A stretch of DNA of 64,000 bases from Apostichopus japonicus (lineage: Eukaryota): contig NC_092564.1 of assembly GCF_037975245.1 (NCBI RefSeq), positions 11,359,891 to 11,423,890 on the forward strand, given 5' to 3'. Every line of letters begins with the position of its first letter. The first letter of the stretch is position 1. A model generated the notes under the pieces. The model worked only from the letters and a program-made list of their open reading frames with translations. It did not search any database and was not told the DNA's origin. Position numbers and translations under genes: made by a program. Of the stretch, positions 1 through 10,864 are shown in pieces.

Positions 1-19
1 TATACAACCGTCTACCAAA

Positions 20-29
20 CAGTATTAAC
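20..29. repeat. Left target-site duplication of the Foldback element ('cagtattaac')
   Basis: The identical decamer occurs at 4565-4574 immediately outside the right TIR. A 9-bp reading, 'agtattaac', is also possible. Confidence 0.7.
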
Positions 30-1200
30 GGCCAGGTCGATAACGCGGAAACGCGGAAACCGCGGAAATCGATAAACCGGGTTCGGTAATAGAGATACCG
101 GGTTCGATATCAACGGTTTCCGCGGTTTCCGCGTTATCGACCTTGCTATATAGCAAGGTCGAAAACGCGGAAACCGCGGAAACGAGAGGAATTTGTCAAG
201 GGAGGGTGACGAAGTCTTTTGGGCGCATTTCAGCCTATATTCGCCAAAAAGGGGTGCGGGTTTAAAGCTATTTCAGTAAATGTAGGTCGAAAACGCGGAA
301 ATCGTACTTTTACAATGGACGAGTTAGATTATTTTGTCAAGGGAGGATAAAGACGTTTTTTGAGCGCATTTCAGCCAATATGCGCCAGGAGGGGTGGGAA
401 AGGGCTAAGGTTTTTTTTTATACTAAATGCAGGTCGCAAACGCGGAAATGTTTTTGTACACAATGAATGGCGAAACTAGAGGATTTGTCAAGGCGGAGGG
501 TGAAGAGTTTTCGGCGCATTTCAGTCAATATGCGCCAGGAAGGTGATGGAGTTGTAGGCTTTTCCCCTAAATGCAGGTCGAAAACGCGGAAATGTTTTTA
601 ACAAAGGCGGAACTAGAGGAGTTTGCCAAGGGAGGGAAATGAAGTGTTTTTGGCCGGCGCATTTCAGCCAATATGCGCCAGCAAAGGTGTGCGAGGTGGT
701 TTGAGGCTTTTACACTAAATACAGGTCGAAAACGCGGAAATGTTTTTAACAAAGGCGGAACTAGGGGAGTTTGTCAAGGGAGGGTGAAAAAGTGTTTTGG
801 CGCATTTCAGCTGTAATGCGCCAAGAAGGGGTGGGGTAAAATAATTTATTTTACTAAAAGCCGGTCGAAAACGCGGAATTGTTTTTTACAATGGTGAAAC
901 AAGAGAAACTAGGCACGGTGAAGATGTTTTCTGAGCGTATTTCAGCCAATATGCGCCACGAGGGGGTGCGGGAAGGGTGTAGCCTTTTTTAATACTAAAT
1001 GCAGGTCGAAAACGCGGAAATGTTTTTAACAAAGGCTGAACTAGAGGAGTTCGCTAAGGGAGGGAAATGAAGTGTTTTGGCCGGCGCATGTCAGCCAATA
1101 TGCGCCAGCAAGGTCTGGGGAGGTGGGTTGAGGCTGTTACACTAAATACAGGTTGAAAACGCGGAAATGTTTTTTTAACAATGGTGAAACTAGAGGATTT
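30..1200 (+). repeat. Foldback left arm: palindromic ~170-bp terminus plus about seven ~144-bp CpG-rich tandem subrepeats
   Basis: Unit starts 'aggtcgaaaacgcggaaat' fall at about 160, 287, 431, 575, 722, 862, 1004 and 1150. The terminus 38-150 is itself a palindrome, with 'gtcgataacgcggaaacgcggaaaccg' facing 'cggtttccgcggtttccgcgttatcgac', followed by 'ccttgctatatagcaagg'. Confidence 0.8.
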
Positions 1201-1483
1201 TGTGGTGGTTATTCCAGACATTAATCAAAGAAAATGTGACGTAGGCTATTAATATCAGAGCTTAAGTATTTCGCCATGGCATAAGTCTCAGCATACCGGT
1301 TCTTAAGCTAATAATTGAGTAGAGCTTGATATAAGTACTTCATACCCGACGAATCTAAGTGTTTTCTACATAACGATATCTCAAATAACAAACTTAAAAG
1401 AAAGAGAGTAAACACAAACGGAGGTACAATGGAAATTTTTTGATATAAACACGTATAGAACTAAAACATTAAGCTTTTTCAAG

Positions 1484-2345
1484 GTCCCGTAACACTCATT
1501 AAAGAAGTAATGATTTAGCGGTAATTTAAATCGGTCAAGCACTCTTTGGACTGGGCAAGACGCATTATGGTACTCTTCTACAATGTCATTAGAGTTCATG
1601 TTACCCAATGGTTTGGTGATCCAAGGTGTGCTGCATGGATTAGGGCCCAGAGCGTGTTCGTGGTCCCGTTACACTCATTAAAGAAGTAATGATTTAGTGG
1701 TCATTTTAATTGGTCAAGCACTCTTTGGACCGGGCAAGACGCATTACGGTACCCTTCTACAATGTCTGTAGAGTTCATATGACTCATTGGTTGGGTGGTC
1801 CAAGGCGTGCTGGTCTTGATTAGGACCCAAATGTTTTTCATTCGTTGTCCCGTTACACTAATTTAATAAGTGATTATTTAGTTGTCATTTTAATTGGTCA
1901 AGCACTCTTTGGACCGGGCAAGACGCATTATTCTACCCTTCTATAATGTCTTTAGAGTTCATATGACCCATTGGTTAGGTGGTCCAAGCCGTGCTGGTTT
2001 TGATTAGGGCCTTAAGGTGTTTTTCAGGTCCCGTTACTTTCATTTAAGAAGTGATTATATAGGGGTCATTTTAATTGGTCAAGCACTCTTTGGACCGGGC
2101 AAGACGCATTATGATATCCTTCTTCATTGTCTTAAGAATTCATATGACCCATTGGTTAGGTGGTCCAAGGCGTGCTAGTCTTGATTAGGGCCTAAAGTGA
2201 TTTTTCGTCAGGTCCCGTTTCCGTTACATTAATTTAAGAACCGATGATGTAGTGGTCATTTTAGTTGGTCAAGAACTCTTTGGACCGGGCAAGATGCACT
2301 ATGGTACCCATTTACATTGTCATTAGAGTTCAAATGACCCAGATA
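1484..2345 (+). repeat. Internal tandem repeat in the Foldback core, 5 units of ~181 bp
   Basis: Units beginning 'gtcccgttacactcattaaagaagtaatgatttag...ggtcaagcactctttggaccgggcaagacgcatta...' start at about 1484, 1663, 1847, 2028 and 2210. Confidence 0.8.
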
Positions 2346-3073
2346 AACCTCTTTTCCACGACCAAATGTTGAACATCTTGTAAGAATGCATTCGTCTTGT
2401 CATAAGTGTTACGTCGGTACCATTGTCGAATAAGTAACTGAATAGGTAGCAGTTACTCATTCGCGAACGTCGAACGAGGAATTAGTATCTAACTTCACAC
2501 CGGTATTCCAATACTGGGGAAGATGGCAGGGTTGCCAGTTTTATTGTAACGCAATCGGTCAAATAATTGTAAATGTGACTGTCTTACTTCTAATAGTTCG
2601 CAACTTCAAGTTCATACACTTCCTCCGAATCGTCCCCCAAAACATAGGTTCTATGTATTCTTTTCATAAACGATCAAAAGCTCCTTTGCCGTCCCCTAGC
2701 TGTGAAAATTCTCTAGTTCCGCCATTGTACATACGCACCTTTATATATACCGACGGGGTGGCCCCAGAGGGGGAGGGAGAAGCGGGGTAACAGTCCCCTT
2801 CCCCTCGTCGGGGAGGTCTAGCCCCCTGGTAGGGGAAATTATGATTTCGTCAGGGAGCAATGAAGAAAAAAATATATTATTGTGTATTTCTTATCATCAT
2901 AATGATCATTCTATGATAAAGATAAATGTAGGAAAATCAGTCCCCGACAGGTGTCAGCCGCACCGACATACGGGCTTCAAACTTCTCTCATATACCAAAA
3001 AAGACACCACAAATTACCGCGCGCTTCGGCAATATTAGATTTATATATACATAGATATGTATCTGTATGTGCA

Positions 3074-3081
<8 letters not shown>

Positions 3082-3104
<23 letters not shown>
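3082..3104. repeat. (TA)n microsatellite abutting hairpin element copy 1
   Basis: Direct read of the sequence. A second AT-rich run lies at 3283-3350. Confidence 0.9.
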
Positions 3105-3282
3105 GAGTAGGTTGGCGTCTATCTTGGCGCAGAGTGCTCTATGTCCATTGGACAGAGCGGAATATATGTTGATACTAGATGAGACTAGTGGAACACTAGT
3201 AGATTGTCTGAAGATCGCTATAAAGCGTGAAACTCCGAGTTACAACTACTAGTGTTCCACTAGTCTCATCTAGTATCAACAT
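3105..3282. mobile_element. Small hairpin/palindromic element, copy 1 (truncated left arm), nested in the Foldback core and embedded in (TA)n
   Basis: The 56-bp head 'agagtaggttggcgtctatcttggcgcagagtgctctatgtccattggacagagcg' precedes palindrome arms 'gatactagatgagactagtggaacactagtag' and 'ctactagtgttccactagtctcatctagtatc'. The same module occurs at 26205-26420. Confidence 0.7.
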
Positions 3283-3309
3283 ATATATACATATATATGT
3301 ATGTGTAAG

Positions 3310-3345
<36 letters not shown>

Positions 3346-3479
3346 TTTTTTTATTAATATTACAACGTGCACACAATTGTTTCCGGGGACCTTAGCTCCT
3401 GTGTCGGAGAAATCCTGGAACCATCCCTGCATACCAATTGGACGTTAACAAACATTACTGAGTTTTCTGCCTGTATTTA

Positions 3480-4564
3480 GTGAAAAAAAGCTTCAAACCC
3501 AAACCCTAATTCTTGGCGCATGTTGGCTGAAATGCGCCCAAAACATTTCTTTACATTTCCTGCATGCATTTAGAGTATTTCCGTCATTGTTAAAAAAAAT
3601 TCGCGTTTTCGACATGCCTTTAGTGAAAAGACCTCAACCTCACCCCTTTCTGGCGCCTATTTGCTAAAATGCGCCCAAAACACCTTTTCACCCTGTCTTA
3701 ACAAAATCATCGAGTTGTGAAAAATGTTGTGAAGAAAAAAAAATTCGCGTTTTCGACATGCCTTTAGTAAAAAGACCTCAACCTCACCCCTTTCTGGCGC
3801 CTATTTGCTAAAATGCGCCCAAAACACCTTTTCACCCTGTCTTAACAAAATCATCGAGTTGTGAAAAATGTTGTGAAAAAAAAAAAAATTCCGCGTTTTC
3901 GACCTACACTAACTGAAAAAAGTCTCATACCCCCACTCCATCCTTGCACATATCGGCAAACACTTTTTTCCGCGTTTTCGACCTGCATTTAGTGATAAAA
4001 GCCTCAACCCCCTCCCCTCACCCCTTCCTGTCGCATTTTGGCTGAAATGCGCAGATCAAAAACATTTCTTTTCCCTCCCTTAGCAAACTCCTCTAGTTCC
4101 GGCTTTTCTTGAAAACATTTCCGCGTTTTCGACCGGCATTTAGTGAAACAAAATCTTCTATCCCCACCCCTCCTGGCGCATACTGGCTGAAATGCGCTCC
4201 AAATTTTTTCACCCTCTCTTGACAAATCATCTAGTTTCGCCATTGTAAAAAAAAAACATTTCCGCGTTTTCGACCTACACTACCCTCCCTTGACAAAATA
4301 ATCTAACTCATCCATTGTAAAGTACGATTTCCGCGTTTTCGACCTACATTTACTAGCTTTAAACCCGCACCCCTTTTTGGCGAATATAGGCTGAAATGCG
4401 CCCAAAAGACTTCGTCACCCTCCCTTGACAAATTCCTCTCGTTTCCGCGTTTTCGACCTTACTATATAGCAAGGTCGATAACGCGGAAACCGCGGAAACC
4501 GTTGATATCGAACCCGGTTTCTCGATTTCCGCGGTTTCCGCGTTTCCGCGTTATAGACCTGGCC
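3480..4564 (-). repeat. Foldback right arm: inverted copy of the left-arm subrepeat array plus terminal palindrome
   Basis: 'cgcgttttcgac' unit starts fall at 3603, 3751, 3893, 3970, 4122, 4263, 4333 and 4447. The terminus 'ccttactatatagcaaggtcgataacgcggaaaccgcggaaaccgttgatatcgaacccgg...' is the reverse complement of 100-200. Confidence 0.8.
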
Positions 4565-4574
4565 CAGTATTAAC
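4565..4574. repeat. Right target-site duplication of the Foldback element ('cagtattaac')
   Basis: Matches 20-29 exactly. The element is bounded by 'ggccagg...cctggcc'. Confidence 0.7.
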
Positions 4575-4732
4575 CCCTCAGTACTCTTTATCATAACTGA
4601 AGGTTCTGCTGTAGAAACAGGGTCCCAATCCTAATGTCAAAATTACGTTATCATGTATTAAAGTATTCAGAGATGCCAAGGTCAGATGTTTTTTAGGCGG
4701 GTGAAAATTGTCTGGTGCTGTTGGTTACGTAC

Positions 4733-4828
4733 ACCATCTAAGCGGAGCACCACCATGGGTTGGCACGAAGCGTACAAGAAAATTTTGGGATCTTACGGCC
4801 CCTCCGATGGCCGGAAACATCACTTCCC
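4733..4828 (-). repeat. ~95-bp dispersed repeat, copy A (module '...aagtgccatttcc..aaaattttcttgtacgc..cgcgccaac.catggtggcgct.cgcttagatagt')
   Basis: The reverse complement of 4733-4828 aligns with the copies at 10770, 11450, 11926 and 29231. Confidence 0.7.
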
Positions 4829-6001
4829 GGGTCATCTAAGCTGAATCTATACTGTTTCCTTATATGTATTGTGTCTATTTTTTTTTCATTCCAGAGGAGA
4901 AAATTTCTTGAAATAAAAAAAATCTCTGAAATTTTGCGGACGCTGTAGCGTTCACGTGTGTCGTAACGGTATATTATTTTTCACGAATCGTATAGGTAAC
5001 GTTGCTTTCAGCCGGGCATATTTAGCACGATCGGCTTTGAGTAATTTCCGATCCTGGCGGTTCTGAGATAATTCGCATTTTGGTGTGATGAAATGAATTT
5101 CACGCTAGCAATGATACACTTTTACAGGAAAAACTCTGTGGGCCTACAATGGGGGAGATTCTTCAAAAATGCGGGAGTTTTTTGGAAATGCGGGAGATTC
5201 GGACAGGTGGGCGGGTGAGCGCTAGACGACCCGAAAATGCGGGTGACACCCGCCCAAAGCGGGTGACTTGGAAGCACTGAGTATTACTCGTGACTTGTGC
5301 GGTACCAAACACATGTTACATCCGAGGCATTTTTACGACTGGAGGGGGGGTGGGGTGCTCATCTTTTGACATTTTTGGCATTCCTATGCAAACTGTAAAA
5401 GTAGTATGCAGTTTTCCCTGCATACACTGTTTTGTCTTATCTGACACAGTCTTCAATTTTTCACATATATTAGGGGTAAAAAACATCTTTCATTTGGAAT
5501 ACAGAACATTCATTCTTTGATGCTGTACTGAATATAGGTTATATTGTGACTATTTTTAAACGAGATTATTAAAGTCGAGACAAACTCCGAATTTCTTGTT
5601 TTGTCATTTGTTTGGTCTTACGTCACCTTAAGCTTCCAAAGACATAAAAATAATGTAGTAATAATAAAGTATGTCGTGATTAAAATCCCTCAGGCTGGGA
5701 AAAAGAACAATAGGCAGAACCATTTATTCGAACGAGACCCCCCAAAAAGCGAATTATTATAATTAATTAGCGATGTCAGGGCTTTGCTCACACGAAATGT
5801 CATCTTCTGCTTACATACATGGTTTCCTTTACGTTGTTCGCAGTCGATGAATAATAAAAAGAACAAAAAACCAAGCGTTTTCGGTAAGTTGTTAGTAGCT
5901 TTCTTGTAAATTACAAGTGTGCGACAAAGGTTTCCAGAATCGAATACTAGTAGTCCTTCTTTTTTTCTTTTGTGAATACTCCCTCATTTTAATAAAAATT
6001 A

Positions 6002-6003
6002 TT

Positions 6004-6070
<67 letters not shown>
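6002..6070. repeat. (AAT)n microsatellite
   Basis: Direct read. It generates the poly-Ile pseudo-ORF 5917-6180. Confidence 0.95.
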
Positions 6071-7016
6071 GGCAGATGTTTTCACGACCACGAATGTGGC
6101 AGAACCCCGCAAGGGCTTACGGATTACAATGTTCACGTCGGGTGGCTTCAACATTGCTTCTCAAATTTGGAATCTTTTGAAGTTAGAAAGTCATTTACAG
6201 ATGGAAAAAACCGTATAGATTGCTCTTGGATGAAAAATCCACCTTACTATGGCCCGGCCGGGCGATCAAACCTAGAACCTTCCCGTTGCTAAGCCTCGTC
6301 ATTGCTTCAAATACCACCGTCGGTTATCCACTCGGCCACAGCAAGGGTGATATTGTTTCATTCTTCATTTTCTTATTCCAAACAATATATTCGTAATTCG
6401 CATTACTTAAGCGTTATAATTGGATTCATTCTGCAATTTCATGCAAAACCTGTCTACATACAATCTACTTTACCCGGTATATTTATTAAATAAATGTCCA
6501 CACTCTCTATACACTCCTGCAAAAAGTGAACTCTGGATTTTCCGCTGGAGGAAAGGGAAGAGGTGGGGGAGGGGTGTGGGAGGCGAATTCGTTATGTGCC
6601 ATTATAGTCTTTTGGAGAAAATCTCAAAGTGACATTTCATTAGTACAATTTTCTATTATTTAACTAAAAGGGTTCCCTCTAAAATTTGAGAAGAAAAACA
6701 CAGAACGTATTTCAAGAGAGCCTCGCTGGAATTTGTGATACGGAATGCAATTAAGAATCCATTTGACAATGTGTCGGCGGAATGTTTTGAGGTATAAATT
6801 AATGGTTTGCCCACTCAAATCAAAGTCCCATGTCCTACTGCCTCTCATGATTAGTTCCCCTCTCCTCTCCTCCGAATTCTCCTCTACCCTCCAGAAAAAA
6901 AAATAGATATAGTTTGAAATGTATAATTTTATTTTTGTTCTTAGAAATGCAAATCGTTTGCAATTTTGGATAAATAACAATCACTTTAAAACACTTGGAT
7001 ATTCTTGTTGTTGTTA

Positions 7017-7091
7017 TATTATTATTATTATTATTATTATCATCATCATTATTATTATTATTATCATCATCATCATTATTATTATTATTAT
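7017..7091. repeat. (ATT)n/(ATC)n microsatellite
   Basis: Direct read. It generates the poly-Tyr/His and poly-Ile pseudo-ORFs. Confidence 0.95.
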
Positions 7092-9083
7092 AGGCATCAA
7101 ACTACCACTACATCTGAAGTAAGATATGAATATGATATGCAGTTACTTTTTGTTAGTTACCAACATCAAAAACAGTCTTCCCAACTCCAAAATCGTCAAG
7201 GACACTCATGATTACGTCATTCTGCTATCATATTTAATTGGTTGAAAGAATCTCTTATATATCACTTACCGCAACTTTGAGGTTTTTCTACTTTTAAAAG
7301 ACATAGTAAATGAGAATGATCCCTTTCTTAAAGACTCAGTAAAAATATGAGAACAACTGACCTCGGAGACACCCGAGACAACTTAACTACCTACGTGACC
7401 AATTTTTGGCTCATTCTTGCTTAGGGTCATTATATTTCAGCGTCACGTGTACTTGTTTCATCACGCAGATACAGAGATATATAGACGAGGAGGGCTGATA
7501 GAAGAATAATTTTTCTAAACAGTAACATAAACTGTCGTCCCCGATATATTCTATTTTAGTCCACTACTAACCATCATAACAGGATATTCTTTATCTTTGT
7601 AATCAATCTCAGTGCCTTTTGATTACAACTATACCTACTAGCGTATCGAGAAAGTCTTTTCTAGGATAAAATACTGACCGAGAAATTGTGTAAGAGCAAC
7701 AGGGCGTAAATAATATACTATACCATAAAGAGATCATTGTGCCACTGTTTAAGTGCAGTGTGCTTATAGACCTATGTGTTACATCAGGTTGATGTGGTTG
7801 TGTATCTACCTATATTGTATCGTTTACTCTAGAATACTTTAATTAAAGGGACACAAGGAGATCAACAAATGCTGCGGAAGGTGGCTAATTCTGGGAGGGA
7901 GGGGGGGGGGGGGATCAAAAGTTCGAATAGCAGTTGGACATGTGATTTTGATTTGAGGGAGCAGAACAGCAAAAAGATACGCCCCGACAAAATGGTACTC
8001 TGCGTATTTTCTGTACGACAAATGCCATGATTCGAATGAGTTAGACTTTCAAAGTTGTACCAAACAATAACAGTTGTTGCTTATAGCGGAGTAGTTGATA
8101 TACTTACGGACCAGCAATGTACTGTACATGCTTTGGTTGTATAATACATTGCCAGGGAGTAAAGGTGAATATATATATTGCGGTTGTTGCTTCATCTTGC
8201 ATGTTCTTTAGCACCCCCCGACCCACCCACCCCACCCGCTCTCCCTATTAATTATATTTCTCTTATGACGTTATTTCATCGATTTCACTCCCCCATCGGT
8301 TTTATTTCTTTGAGAGATGACGTTCCTTTAAATATCAGACTCATTAATTACAGTAGCTGGACTACCACGTCTAGCACACAAAACATTCGGGCATCTATTC
8401 AGAATCTATTCTAAAATTAATGGAAATATGGTTTTATGGTCTCAAATAATTCTTCACATGCCTTATACAAAGTTGTCAATGACAGAAATCTTGAATATTA
8501 TCATCAAGAGAGTGTCCCGTTTTTTCCCCTCATTTCTAAAACAAAGGGTTAATATCAATAATTGAATCCGGACTCATAACTTATTAGCCGACCCCATTGT
8601 TTCAGGCTTAAAGGATCATTCCATGACAACTATATATGCAGGCCCGTCGCACCCGCTACGGTAGGTACGGTATTTACCGTACCACTTTTCAGCTAAAAAC
8701 AAAGAGAGAGGGGGAGAAGAAAATAGGTGAGGGAGTTAGAAAATACAGTTCGAATCAATAAAATGCACGAGTCTTCATGACCAAAGCCGACCCTCTGTAC
8801 CATCATTGTGTCCTATGATGCGATGAGCCCCGGATGAGCCGGCACGAATTATTCAACGAATCTCAAGTTGTAACTGGGGCGATAGGGGCCTACGATTCGA
8901 GTCGCACCGAATTTCCCCAAACCCCCGAATTCCCCCCATTTCCCTAAGAAGGTGTCAAACCCGGAGATGTTTTACTTAGTTGAGCAGTGTAACAGTAAAT
9001 ACCGTCCGGATAATTAGGGCAACGTACAATGTATAGGGCGTGTCCCCGCGCTGCGCTACACCGGCAACTCAACGCAAAGGAAA

Positions 9084-9635
9084 GTGCCAGCCAGATTAGT
9101 TTCTGGTTCGGCCGCGGATATCATGCCTCCAGAATCAGTGGAGGACTACTTCAGGCGAATATACCTGGAGGCAGTTGACACCATTGTCAACTGCATCCGC
9201 GATAGATTTGATCAGGAGGGTTACAAAATCTACTCAAAACTACAGCAGCTGCTTCTCAAAACGTGTAACCAACAACATGTTGACGAAGAACTGTTAAAAT
9301 TCGTATGTGACTTTTACGGCGAGGATCTCCGTAAGGGCGAGCTCAGAGTCCAACTAGAAACCCTTGGGGAAACCATGGAAGCTACGGCCAAACAATCAGA
9401 GTGGACTTTGCCAGAGGTTGTTGACCACATGCGAGGGTTGAGTTTCGGTAATCGTGAGCTCCTCTCACAAGTGTGCACGCTTGTCAAACTAATTTTAGTG
9501 ATGCCTGCGACAAATGCAGTAAGTGAACGCTCATTTAGTGCTATGAGTGTAAAGAGTTACTTAAGGTCTACAATGACCCAGCAGCGACTCAACCACCTTA
9601 TGATCTTACATGTACACAAAGATTATGCGGATTGA
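9084..9635 (+). pseudogene. hAT-superfamily transposase remnant (C-terminal hAT dimerisation region only)
   Basis: The translation ends '...LVMPATNAVSERSFSAMSVKSYLRSTMTQQRLNHLMILHVHKD', the signature hAT C-terminal dimerisation motif. ZMYM1-like, ZBED-like and P52rIPK-like proteins all share the '..SERSFS....K..LRS.M...RL..L..L..' pattern. No upstream ORF encodes the BED/RNase-H-like catalytic part. Confidence 0.7.
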
Positions 9636-10346
9636 TTGAATCTAGTTGATGCAGCCAACGAATTTACCAGTGCCAAAGACCATCGACGCTCGGTGTTTGG
9701 TACTTTCCATTGATTTGAGTTCGCAGTAGAACGCTGCACACTAACCGATAGCCGGTGCTCCTTTTAACAGCGCCCATGCCCAGGAGCCCATGCTCTTCAG
9801 TATAGTAGTCGTTGTGATACCGGGAGCTTATAGGAGCATTAATTCCAGGAAGAAAGAGGGCTAAATTATACGAAAAATGCTCACATTTGCTGACCCTACA
9901 ACTCTAATCCTCAACCCTAACAAAGGATACAGTAGATCATCCTATACAACTGAATTGCTACAGGCAATCGGGTAATATCCTATATTCTGCGCCCCAACTG
10001 CAGAAAGAACAATGCTTGGAATTTGGAAATTGGAAAAAGTACTGCAGTATGGAGAGGATTCCACCCAGGTGTTGGTTGTCACCAACGCCGTAACGAAATA
10101 ATCATTGTTAACGTTTATTGCATAATTTCAAAAGCCTCACAGAGACTAACCGCACTCGGCGAAATCTTTGCTCACCCACAAAACATTTTTGAGGCCCTAA
10201 CCTCAAAGGAAGGTAGACTAATTGAGGAATCATTTTAGATAATCGTAACACTCATAAGAACTAGCAAAATTATCAAATTCGGATAAACTGTAACTATTCA
10301 GGTGCGTATCCAGGGGGGGACGTTGGGGGCGCGCGCCCCCCAGGTA

Positions 10347-10476
10347 AGGAAAAGAGGAGAGAAAAAAAAGAGAAGAAAAAAGGGAAAAGGAGGGGAAAAA
10401 AGAAAAGGAGGAGAAGAAGGAAGGGAAAAGAAAAAGAAAAAAGAGAGAAAAGGGAGAAAAGGGAGAAAAGGAGGGA
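10347..10476 (+). repeat. ~130-nt pure polypurine (GA-rich) / polypyrimidine tract
   Basis: The + strand is almost exclusively A/G: 'aaggaaaagaggagagaaaaaaaagagaagaaaaaagggaaaaggaggggaaaaaagaaaagg...'. It generates mirror-image spurious ORFs on both strands. Confidence 0.9.
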
Positions 10477-10769
10477 GCAGAAGATAGCCAAGACCTCGGG
10501 AAGAGAAAGATCCCTATTATATACACAGGGTAGCCAGTGACAGATCAAGGATTACGGAGGGGGTGTGCGCCTCACCCTACCCCTTACCCCGACAACTCCA
10601 TTTTGACGTTCCGTTTTTCCTCTCTCACTAATGTACTTGAACTCGACCGAGTCGTCGGGGAACATAACGCATTTCGGGAAGGGGGCGACCGCCCCCCGAG
10701 CAAATTTTCTTTATGACATCGCTAGTAATTTCAAAATAGACAATGCTTAGATGCAACTTACAAGGCCTG

Positions 10770-10864
10770 GGAAGTGTCATTTCCAGCGATCTGGGAGGCA
10801 TTTTCGGCCAAAATTTTTCTTGTACGCTTCGCGCCAACTCATGGTGGCGCTTCGCTTAGATAGT
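10770..10864 (+). repeat. ~95-bp dispersed repeat, copy B
   Basis: 'ggaagtgtcatttccagcgatctgggaggcattttcggccaaaatttttcttgtacgcttcgcgccaactcatggtggcgcttcgcttagatagt'. It is followed at 10893 by a solo MITE terminus 'cctacgcctatg'. Confidence 0.7.

Larger units (their letters stand above)
30..4564. mobile_element. Foldback (FB-like) transposon: long inverted arms of tandem subrepeats, palindromic termini, 9-10-bp TSD, no transposase ORF
   Basis: Left terminus 30-200 'ggccaggtcgataacgcggaaacgcggaaaccgcgg...' is the reverse complement of right terminus 4440-4564 '...ccgcggtttccgcgtttccgcgttatagacctggcc'. The ~144-bp subrepeats carrying 'aggtcgaaaacgcggaaatg...gcgcatttcagccaatatgcgccag' in 160-1200 reappear in reverse complement in 3480-4440 ('cgcgttttcgac...ctgaaatgcgc'). 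A direct repeat 'cagtattaac' abuts both ends. Confidence 0.78.

Noticed and set aside
2951-3172. ORFs sharing 'RVGWRLSWRRVLYVHWTERNI' (2951-3172 and 26067-26270)
   Set aside because: The identical peptide arises from the duplicated 56-bp head of the hairpin element preceded by a (TA)n translation. It is repeat-derived, not coding.
160-4440. CRISPR-like regular repeats in the Foldback arms
   Set aside because: The units are ~144 bp, far longer than 24-48-bp CRISPR repeats. They have no unique spacers and are arranged as inverted arms in clearly eukaryotic, intron-containing DNA.
5140-5290. 'aatgcggg' motif cluster with a 'gggcgggtga ... tcacccgccc' hairpin
   Set aside because: It is a short local inverted repeat with a 9-10-bp stem. 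It has no second copy in the window and no flanking signal to indicate a regulatory element or RNA gene.
5917-7211. ORFs rich in poly-Ile / poly-Tyr / poly-His (5917-6180, 6919-7122, 7005-7211)
   Set aside because: They are translations of the (AAT)n and (ATT)n/(ATC)n microsatellites.
10230-10548. Three overlapping ORFs (Ser/Phe/Leu-rich on the - strand, Lys/Arg/Gly/Glu-rich on the + strand)
   Set aside because: They are translations of the polypurine/polypyrimidine tract. They have no start context and no complexity.
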